From positions 12,214,001-12,278,000 of the forward strand of contig OX597825.1 of the NCBI GenBank assembly GCA_951406725.2: 64,000 nt of DNA. Reading direction: 5' to 3'. This stretch comes from Octopus vulgaris. Taxonomy: Eukaryota. Below the pieces are notes generated by a model, which was not told the DNA's origin, searched no databases, and was given only the letters and a program-made list of their open reading frames with translations. How positions within the stretch are numbered: position 1 is the stretch's first letter; every line of letters starts with the position of its first letter. Of the stretch, positions 53,500 through 64,000 are shown in pieces. A program made the position numbers and the translations under genes.

Positions 53500-53735
53500 G
53501 TTTACTTATTTCAGTCATTAGACTGCGGCCATGCTGGAGTATCACCTTAGATAATTTTTAGTCGTAGGAATCCATCCCAGTACTTATTCTCTTAAAGCCG
53601 GCTTCTCATTCTATCAGTCTCATTGCTGAACCGCTAACCTATGGCGACGTAAACGCACCAACACAGGCTGTCAAGCGTTGGTAAAGCGTTGGTAGGGGAC
53701 AAGCAGACACAAAGATGACCCCCCCCCACACACAC
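53500..53735 (-). mobile_element. SINE B 3' half
   Basis: TTTCAGTCATTAGACTGCGGCCATGCTGGAG tail; GCTGAACCGCTAA; GGGGACAAGCAGACAC. Confidence 0.75.
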
Positions 53736-53994
53736 ATAGTAAAGTGTCAGAAGGGTGTGAGTGTTCAATATGTTCAATCGACCAGTTGACATCTTTAGGA
53801 TGTCGGCTTTTTACAGCCTCCAACATGTAGTATTGATTTCATCGCATAATAAGTTATTCTACATTTCATCTCAAATATGCATGCCACACATTGGACAGTA
53901 TTATCGTACATTTACAAATCAGTGCAGCTAGAGAAGGCTAGATCTTCAGATCACAATAACTTGATTGTGGTTGCATCAATGTCAACATCTCCAA

Positions 53995-54044
<50 letters not shown>

Positions 54045-54074
54045 CTCTCTCTCTCTATCTATCCATCCATCCAC

Positions 54075-54146
<72 letters not shown>

Positions 54147-54166
54147 ATATATATATATATATATAT

Positions 54167-54244
<78 letters not shown>

Positions 54245-54245
54245 A
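53995..54245. repeat. Compound (CT)n(CTAT)n(TA)n(CA)n microsatellite
   Basis: Directly visible. Confidence 0.95.
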
Positions 54246-54276
54246 TGTGAAAGAAACATGTCGTATATGTATATAC

Positions 54277-54421
54277 ACATATACGACATGTTTCTTTCAG
54301 TTTCCACCAGTAAAATCCACTCACATGCATATGGTTGGCCTGCGGCTATATTAGAAGGCTTGAACTCGGAATACTTTGGCGGGGGAACAAAGTTCTAACC
54401 TTATAGCTTCGCTTGCGCCTT
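54277..54421 (-). mobile_element. SINE B 5' half, decayed
   Basis: TTCTTTCAGTTTCC..AAATCCACTCACA. Confidence 0.55.
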
Positions 54422-55145
54422 ACATTCATTCTATTTTCCTTCAGGATTCACACATCGCTAACTCGTTGAAATTTAAAATGGAATCAATAAAACAAGATCC
54501 TAAGAGTATTAGAGCGAAACGAAAATACATGTGATGAACAATAATCTTAATAAGCGAGTGCGGTGTGTGTGAAAGTATTTGAGGAAAGAGGAAATTAGTA
54601 TACATGAAAACATGTTGCTGTGATCCACACTCATATATTTCCTGAAGTATATTTCCTAGTCATATGTACTTGTACTTTCTGCAATAACAACGTGTGTATT
54701 CGAACGGATATACGCTTCTTTGCTGATATGGAAATATGCATATCTGGATGTACTGATTAATGCATAAATCTATATCCGTATCTATACGTATTTTCGCCTC
54801 TGCATACGTGCACACGCACATACAAGTATACACGCGTCTGTGTTTCTGTAAGCACACGTATCCATGTGTACGTGTGTGTGTGTGTGTGTATGCATGAAAT
54901 ATTTTGTAAGTACATGTATGCATTGCATTTGCATGCATGTGATAGTTCGCGTATTCACCTACATTCGTACGTGCAGTGGCACGTATCATATATATGTATA
55001 ACACGTATGTGCACTCATAGACATAATTATAGAAATTCATTCATATGAGCAATCCCTTATAATCATCGGTACGCTCGTCTAACTAAAAGTGAGTGAACAT
55101 GTACATTGTGATTGAAATATATACGCATGTTTGTATGTGTATGCA

Positions 55146-55201
<56 letters not shown>

Positions 55202-55270
55202 TATGTACATGCACACATGTATATATATTACATACATTTACACTTGTATATATTTATATTATTTCTGCAT

Positions 55271-55389
<119 letters not shown>

Positions 55390-57090
55390 TATATATTTAT
55401 ATTTATATATATACATATATATATATCTGTATTTGCGCGTACTTACGCACACACATACATGCATACACATATAAGTTGGAGCAAACTTTAATGTGCTTGT
55501 AATAGGAGGAAATAGTAAGCAAACATTTTATTGATGTCTGTTTAAATAGCAATTTAAGAAGAATCTAGAAAACTTTTTTCTGATAATCGACACGTTTGAG
55601 AGAAGTAACGAATCGATTGGGTGGGAAGATACAATGAATGAACAGAAAGAAAAGAACAGAGGCAAATTATAGAGTAGGTCTTAAATCGGCTGAGTGAGTA
55701 TCTCGTCATTAGTGAATGATAATTCAGAATAGAAAAGATTTAAAGACAAAAAATTAAATCTTGCATACGTTACTTGTGTGACCAGACAAAATTTCGGTTG
55801 TGAAATGAATACGAATACCGCCTCGCAAAATTCTTTCAGAAATGAGTTCAAACAATGTATATCGGTATTGGCTGCAAAATACAAAACATAAAAGAAAGGA
55901 AGGAAGGAAGAAATAGCGAAAGGAGGAGAGGAAGCCGAATGAAAGAAATGTGAATTCAAAGACGTTATAACAAAAGAAAGAAAGAAATATTGTTTGGCAA
56001 TTAATGGTTAAGCATTATCTCAGCTTAAAGTATTTCATTTGGAAATGAAAATTAATATAAATGTATCAGAGAAGTTTTCTAAGAAAACCAACGAAAGTAA
56101 TAACAACAATTATTACAACGAGAGGAAGAATTTCTATAGCAATGAGAAATAGCAACAGCGGTAAGTAAAACAATAAAAAAAAAGAGCTTGGCAAAAGAAA
56201 TAATGCATCAGACAAGTTTTCTAAGAAAACAACCAGAAGAGAAAGCAATAACAACCACTATTACGATGAGAGGAATAATTTCTATAGATGGAAAAACAGC
56301 AACAATATGGAATAAAACAATGTAAAGTATAGCGGCTTAGCAAAAATAACGATAGAATTCAAAGCAGCAGCATTAGTAATAATTCGACCAATATATAGAA
56401 ATAATATAGAATATTATGATTGGTTACACGCTGGAACTGCTAATATAACGTAATTGTTTAGCTCTTTGAGGGCTGCTGATAGCCAAGACGTTAGTTTTTT
56501 TTGAAAAGTTGACTTAAATGTCTACGGTTCGTATACGTTTCGCGTGGATGGTCCATCTTCATCATGAAAATTTATTTTTCAGTGTTTGCTTTAAAGACAA
56601 GTCATCCGGTGTCTATCTTGGCGCTGGTTTAATATAATAGGAATAGAAATGTTTCTCATTCTATTCTAACGCTTCTAAAATTGAAATACAGGTTGTGCAT
56701 TCAGATCCTCATAATACAAATGACGGGATATTAACAGATTAAACAGAACACCAACCAAACTTATGTATCATTCTTTCGCCTTTTTTAACTACTAGTTTCT
56801 AAAGAAAAAGCAGTGCTATTTGCCATCGCGAGACATCGGAAATTTATGAGAGTGACCACTCATAACTTTCGGTAAAGCTCTATGACTATGGAACCGCAAA
56901 GTCGTAATAGCAGTAATAACACTACTGATATTGCGGCCAACGGTCACTTTCACGATTACAGCCAACGATTCTAGTCAACGCACAAAACAGCCATTATGTT
57001 CCCCCTCCATAAAACACCAACAACGTGGACACTGTTGAGACTAGTAAGAAACAATTCTGAACTTTTTTATTACACTTAACTTTTAAAAAT

Positions 57091-57138
57091 ATTTTTGATA
57101 AGGTTCGTTTTCTCAAGAAGAACCGAAACATGTAAAAT
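57091..57138 (+). ncRNA. Minimal type-I hammerhead ribozyme motif (U3-A8 variant), structurally intact
   Basis: attt-TTGATAA-ggttc gttttctcaagaa gaacc-GAAA-catg-TA-aaat: stem I attt/aaat, 5-bp stem II, palindromic ACAUGU stem III, GUA site. Confidence 0.7.
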
Positions 57139-57821
57139 CTCTAAGAAAATTAAAATTTATCTTATATAATGGTGTTTTAAAACTTCGTTTTTATAAATAT
57201 ATATCTATAGATACTTTTTGCGAGTTTTGATAAATATGAGGTGCTTACTCATAACACACAGATACACACACAAGCGCTCACACAGACACAAACACACATA
57301 CACACGTATTCCCAGATATGGATATATTCCTCTGTTGTAACCTCTGCTGACACAAGTATACTTTGAGATCTATGCGCATACACGTTTCCATACGAATTCG
57401 TAATGTAGTAGCGTATCACGGTACAAGCCAGTCAAAGCTACAGAACTGTTTCCTATAGAAACCTGTTTCGCAAATTCCTCATCAAGTGTTCAACTTTGTG
57501 AATCTTCTATAACATCATTTCACAGTCATGAACAAACGCGTATGGAGACTTCACAGCGAGTAGAGTCACTAGATGTGTACATGATCACAAGAGAGCTAAC
57601 TAAGAACAAATCCGTCACTATATGTACATTGTATATGTGATTACGCATACGTACATACATACATATATATATATATATTGGAATATATGGGTGTGTGTGT
57701 GTGTGTGAATGCAGAAACAGACATACACACATGCACATACACGCATACAAATGACGTTTATGTATGTATATATATATGGGTACGCTTTTCTATTATATGT
57801 CCATGATTATATATGCGTATT

Positions 57822-57962
<141 letters not shown>

Positions 57963-58811
57963 GAGTCTCTGTGTGAATGCTTTTGTCCATATGCGTGTTT
58001 TTTTCTCTTTTGATGAATTGTACAAAGTCGAAGAATTAGAGAGTGTGGCGTTCATTCATTTCTACCATGAAATGGTAGCGCGGAGAGAAATGAAGGACTA
58101 TAGTAAAACAAGCCAAGTATTTCATTCACAGCTGAATGGACTGACGCCATACAAAGATGATAGCGCAGAAATGAAACTGAAAGTATTAAAATATATACGA
58201 TTTAAAGCATATACTGTAAATAATTTATCTGCTGCTCTCTTGTCAGAATTACAATTTTCAATATCTTCCTTCCTGCTTCTCTGAAATTATTATGGCCGCA
58301 AAAATGTAACGTAGTAATGAAATAAAATTAAACAAATGAAAAAATATCGGTGCTAAGGAATTTCAATAAAACCTGAAACCTGTCCAAATCAGTTCGTACT
58401 CAGTTTGAATCATGCTTTAATGTTCCTCATAATTTAAGAACGAAGTATATATGGGAAGCTTTAGTGTTGCTTAACATGCAACAAATCCGTTTCGCTGTGC
58501 AAATACATCATAATTTCATCTGTTATGATCATAAACTTTAAGGAAATTTTTACATTCATTCCATTATTCTACTTATCTTTCTATATTGATGGGAGAATAC
58601 ATAAAATGGGAAGGCACACGACCTTCAATATAATATGTTATTAATTATATTCTATATTCTGTTCCGTGTAGTATTCGAAGTTCGTTCGATTGTACATGAC
58701 GAATAAATTTAGCTTATCGAGGGTAGAAAAAAATCCGAGTCTTGTTTCGCTGCAAATTACCAAATGAAGTTAGAAGTTAGGTAGGTACTAATGGTGTCTA
58801 CAAGTAGGATA

Positions 58812-59090
58812 GTCTTCGGCCGGTCACGACAACAGGCGTTGTATCTGATTTGATCAACTCTTCAGCATGGTCGTGAAATTAACATACAATTGGCTGAGCA
58901 CTACACATATACAGGGCCACTTAGAGTTGTTCTTAGAGAGATTCCGAGGGACACAATTTGCTACAAGGCTAGCTCTTTGAATTGCTGCAAAAACCCACTC
59001 ACTTTCGCCAGCTTAGGTTACTGCAGCAATGAAAGGTAAAGTGATTTGCTCAAGGACAAACTCATGGTCTTACGATTGTGAACCAAATAG
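58812..59090 (-). mobile_element. Old SINE with E-type CORE head and C-type tail
   Basis: CGTGAAATTAAC..TGGCTGAGCACT (C tail) followed by GCCAGCTTAG..GCAGCAATGAAAGGTAAAGTGATTTGCTCAAGGAC (CORE, reverse complement). Confidence 0.6.
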
Positions 59091-59268
59091 CTCTTGTCTT
59101 CATGGGGCTATTCTTTTGTTGTAATTTTTGAGGAAATGTGATGCTCTGGGCGGCTGTACACCATACATCCGTTGCTGCAACGGTGAATATGGAGATTTTT
59201 AGGTTTGTCCTGTGTTTTATAGAATGTATGTAGTTGCTGAACCAGTGCAACATCACCGAGTCATATAT

Positions 59269-59481
59269 ACTCTTTACTCTTTACGTGTTTCAGACATTTG
59301 ACTGCGGCCACGCCGGAGCACCGCCTTTAGTCGAGCAAATTGACCCCAGGACTTGGTCTTTGTAAGCCGAGAACTTATTCTATTGGTCTCTTTTGCCGAA
59401 CCGCTAAGTTACGGGGACGCCTCACTTGTCAAGTGATGTTGGGAGGACGAACACATGCACAAACATATACACACACGTACA

Positions 59482-59518
<37 letters not shown>

Positions 59519-59682
59519 GACGGGCTTCTTTCAGTTTCCGTCTATCAAATCCACTCACAAGGCTTCGGTCGGCCCGAGGCTAGAGTAGAAATCACTTGCC
59601 CAAGGTGCCACGCAGTGGGACTGAATCCGTAACTATGCGGTTGGTAAGCAAGCCACTTACCACACAGCCACTCCTACGCCTA
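59269..59682 (-). mobile_element. SINE B, full length
   Basis: Reverse complement of 7118-7552. Confidence 0.85.
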
Positions 59683-62607
59683 TGTGTCTAAGTATTTTCA
59701 ATCTTCATGTATGATTTCGAATTTAAATTCCGCCAATGTTAAACTTCCATATCTAGACAGATCTAGAATATAATCTCTACCTAGACACATACTACAGTTA
59801 ATTCCACCAACTGTGAATTTCTCACGCTAATATTTGTAGTGCTAATATCAGAGGGTTAACATGATTAAGAACACTTTGTGCAAATATATAAATATTAGAT
59901 ATTGTTGTAGCTGACAAGCCTGCATAGCAGTATAATTATATTCTACGAATGTAAAACTACTGTAGTTCGCTTATATTAAGAAGTTATTTTCTGTGGTGGT
60001 GCAGTATAGTATTAAAACAAATGAGACTGTTAACACATTAATAATTCATTAATCAATCTCGATGCCTGAAATGCTTTTTCTACGCAAATCGGGTGCGCCC
60101 TGAGTTAACAATAAATTTCTCTGAGGGCACGATGGTATATTAAAAAGTAACTAGTTCTCAAAGTTGTGTAGTGTTCGTGCATAGTTTAGTGTATAGGGTG
60201 CTGCATTCGCGATTACAAGATCAAGTTTTCGAATCCAATATTGGGTAGTGCGTTGTGTTCTTTGGCTGTGAGTAACCCGTGGATAACTGTCGACCTCTTC
60301 AAGACAAATAATGTGATCTTGTTAACTTATACGTTTTTGAAACCGGATAATCGGTCTTATGTCCCCAACACCTGCGATCGTAAAAATACAGAGGTTGATG
60401 ATGACAATGATGAGGATAAGTCTTTGCGTTTACTGAATATAGTGTCAGCTAAAATCCATAGATATATTCGGTTGTTAAATGTTGTACTGTATCCTCACAA
60501 AGCCTTGCTATAAAGGGAATATGTTGTTAAGAGATGATGAAAATTAATGAGAAAGCACATGAAGAAACTGGTAGATTGTGGTGAACAGATAAAAAGGGGA
60601 AAAGAGAAAAGGAGCAGGAAAGTGAGGGAGAGAAGGCAAGAGAGTGTGGGTGATAAAACGCACACGAGAGCGAGAGAGCGAGAGAGAAAGAGAGATGAGG
60701 ATAGAGGAAGAGAGATGGAGAGAGTGGAAGAGGATGTGTGACAGAAGTAGAGAGAAATGTCAGAGATGTGTTGACACAGGAACTTTTGCAAACGATACTA
60801 AATCATTTACTTCTTCAAGTATAATCCAAATATAAAATCCATTTTAAACCTTTGGAATTTTATTGCCAAGTTCGCCCCTAGTAAACTAATTCATCGATAT
60901 CATTTAACTTTACATTTGAAGATGCTTTTATTCCCTTCCAACCTAAAAGTTCTCAGAGATTCCATTGATGTATGGCTGCCATTTCATTTTACACGATTTT
61001 CATTAAATGTAGGAAAGGTAAGTTTTATTTCAATATGTATGTGTTTATATCGATGCACTCATGCGGAGATATATCTATCTAGATATCTCTCTAACAAACA
61101 AACACATACACAAAAATAAATATATGAAAGTGTATATATGTCTGTAGCCAGAGTATATACCTATATCACACATATGTATCGGCCATTAATCAATATATAT
61201 TCCCATTACTTTTTGCACAGAAGATTATTAAAGTTTGTATGGATCACGAAATTTTAACTTCTCGCTCTTTTTAAATGTATTAAATCTACATTTTTATGCA
61301 CGCTTTACCTGCGTTTTTTCTTCTCTTCCGTTTCATCTCTCGCTCGGTTTTGCAGATGCGTATTTATTCTAAACTTTTCAAATAATTATCTCCACTTATA
61401 GTCGTATTTTACGAGAGAACTTTTTTAACATCACAAGCATTGCAAAATATTTTAATATGTTTTTTTTTGTAGAACTGTTAAAGGCAGTGAGCTGTCAAAA
61501 ATCTCTAGAAAGCATGAGAATATTCCTTGTGTGGTTTTCTCCCGATTCTTTACGTTCTAAGTTCAAATAGTACTACGATCAATTTTCATACTCGGTTCCA
61601 CAAACAACACTCCTCTCCGCTTAATCTACTGCTCTTGTTCCCAAATTACAAACTATTTTACAAAAGCAGATGTCCTCGTTCTTGATTCCGCTGTTGTTGA
61701 TTTTGTTATATAACCTGAAGCCCGCTCTGGTCAAATCTCTAATGAAAGCCAGTCCTTCTAAGGTCAACTAACGTTGACCAAATGTATTTCCGTCCTAAGA
61801 CACTACAATGTGTTAACAGAAGAATACTTTCTTGTTACTTGTGGCAGATTGCGCAGCCATTTGAAGAAACTCTTGTTACTGCGAATATTTTGCCGTTGGT
61901 GTTGTGGTCGATGTCAACAAGTGGAATCTGTAGCGCTACGGATGTTGATGTAATTACTTATGTGTTTTGCGACTGATGGTTGAATTGCACCGGATTTTCG
62001 GTTTCGATAGTTTAAATACTACTTAAGTGCTGGAGTGGAATCCATTTTCTGATTATATAATTCTCCGAGCGTTTCTATCTTTCAGAAATCCTCGCCATTA
62101 TTATTCCTGTTTAGTCTGGTGGCTTGGCCAAAATTGTAAAAATCTCGGACAAGCTGTCCTGTAGTACCTAGCTGTGAGTCTTTATATAGTTACGACTCTT
62201 TCTTCTCACACGTTGTTTTTATTTTGTTTTTTTTTTATCATGATAGTTGATCGATTAATAACGCCAACTCTGCGATCACATATAACTTATAAAGATTTTC
62301 TGACACAACTTTTAGAGCAAATTGTTTTCAAACTTCCGCTTCTCTTAGTTTCCTCACTTGGTCTTAGTAATCAATCACTGACTATAATAGCATTGAATTT
62401 TTGTCCAAGTAATTTTCATTATATTTCAATTCTCACTTACTGTCCATGTAAATCGACAGATCCGTAAAACTTTCGTACCAAATTGCTATGAGGTTTATAC
62501 AAAATAGTTCCCATGATGCATTTCTTAAATTCCTCTTTTATTTCTTCCAAGAATTTTCTTGCCCTTCCCTATTTTATACTTATATATTGTATACACACAC
62601 ACACACA

Positions 62608-62658
<51 letters not shown>

Positions 62659-62666
62659 ATATATAA

Positions 62667-62935
62667 TTATAATTTAGGGTATCTAAGAGATACCGCCACG
62701 CTGGAAATAGCAGCCAAAACTTGACTCTAAAATGTGCTATCTGAGTATATTCCTCTGATGAATGCAGAGTCAGAACTCCAGGATCTGGAATTATCCAGCA
62801 ATTTTTTTTGTTGCTAGTATATTTTATCTCTTGTCTTCTCTTCCGGTGCTGTTTGAACATTTAATGTGGTTTTAGAGTCAAGTTTTGGCTGTTATTTCCA
62901 GCGTGGTGGTATCTCTTAGATACCCTAAATTATAA
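62667..62935. repeat. 66-bp inverted repeat (64/66) with 137-bp spacer, between microsatellites
   Basis: 62667-62732 vs 62870-62935. Confidence 0.85.
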
Positions 62936-63015
62936 CATTAATAATTATTACCTTTGAAGGTTTTTATTCCCATGTTTGACACCTGATAAGATCGGTATTT
63001 AAATAACGATCTTAT

Positions 63016-63070
<55 letters not shown>

Positions 63071-63126
63071 TACATATATAAATGTATATATATGTATATA
63101 TATGTATATATATAAATGTATGTGTA

Positions 63127-63185
<59 letters not shown>

Positions 63186-63787
63186 ATATTTATATATATA
63201 TATACATATATATATATTACACACAGACATATATTTCTCATGTTATCTGAGTCTGTGGGTAAAGATCTACACAGTGTCTATATTGGACTGTCTGCGTATT
63301 CTAAGCATCCTCACAATTTTCATTGTTCTTCTTTGATCATTTAATGGCACGCACATTAACAGAGAAACTATTACTCAGAAGTTAGGTTATACTATAATAA
63401 TTACATTTGTTTTGCCTTCCAATCCTATTCCAAAAGCATTTTTCGATGTTACGCATATTGTTTGTTCCTTCCATCATTCATTCCAAAATATTTATGTGTT
63501 TCTGTGACTACTTTATTGATTCTTTTGTGTTATGCCGTTTAATGATATTTTTTCCATTCATTTTTAGCTTGGCATTTTCACACATATCAAGTCGTCCTAT
63601 GTTTATGTAAATATCGTTATTGTTACACTCATTTACTAATGCTTTCGGCTTCATAAAAGCCATTAATTTCCTTCTTGCTATTTTTGTCGATTCTTCATTT
63701 TTCTCTTACTTTTTCTTCTGCTTCGAGGCTTTTTTTCTTTTAATTTTTCTTCGCTTTCATTTGCTTCAATTTCTGTCGCCACTTCTC

Positions 63788-64000
63788 TTTCTTTCTTTCT
63801 TTCGTTCTTTCTTTCTTTCTTTCTTCTTCTTCTTCTTCTTCTTCTTCTTCTTCTTCTTCTTCTTCTTCTTCTTCTTCTTCTTCTTCTCTTCCTCGTCCTA
63901 CTCCTTCTCCTCTCCTCCTCCTTCTTCTCCCCGCTTCTTCCCCCTCCTCCTCCCCTCCTCCTTCATTTTCTCCACCTCCGCCTTCTTCTTTTTCTTCTTC
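63788..64000. repeat. (CTTT)n(CTT)n(CCT)n polypyrimidine microsatellite
   Basis: Directly visible. Confidence 0.95.

Noticed and set aside
62086-62173. Possible exon bounded by TTTCAG and GTGAGT
   Set aside because: Stops in all three frames; a non-coding exon cannot be supported without RNA data

Overview
AT-rich, microsatellite-saturated eukaryotic non-coding DNA whose repeat content resembles an octopus (coleoid cephalopod) genome; the organism is inferred, not shown. I can support no host protein-coding exon, and nearly all listed ORFs are microsatellite or SINE read-throughs. The window holds about 30 copies of several tRNA-headed SINE families (my labels A-E), decayed R4/Dong, CR1/Zenon-like and RTE-like LINE pieces, an internally deleted mariner and a decayed Penelope-like element (PLE; RT thumb plus GIY-YIG). 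The most striking signal is a dispersed set of about 14 complete or partial minimal type-I hammerhead ribozyme (HHR) motifs, several with variant cores (U3-A8, U4C, A6U). They lie in short PLE-terminal units, mostly within or next to (TA)n tracts, and are repeatedly arranged as fold-back palindromes. Also seen: SINE-A multimers with a shared junction, head/tail swapping among SINEs, and a LINE 3' end sharing a covarying stem-loop tail with SINE-B. All calls were made by eye and coordinates of decayed copies are approximate.
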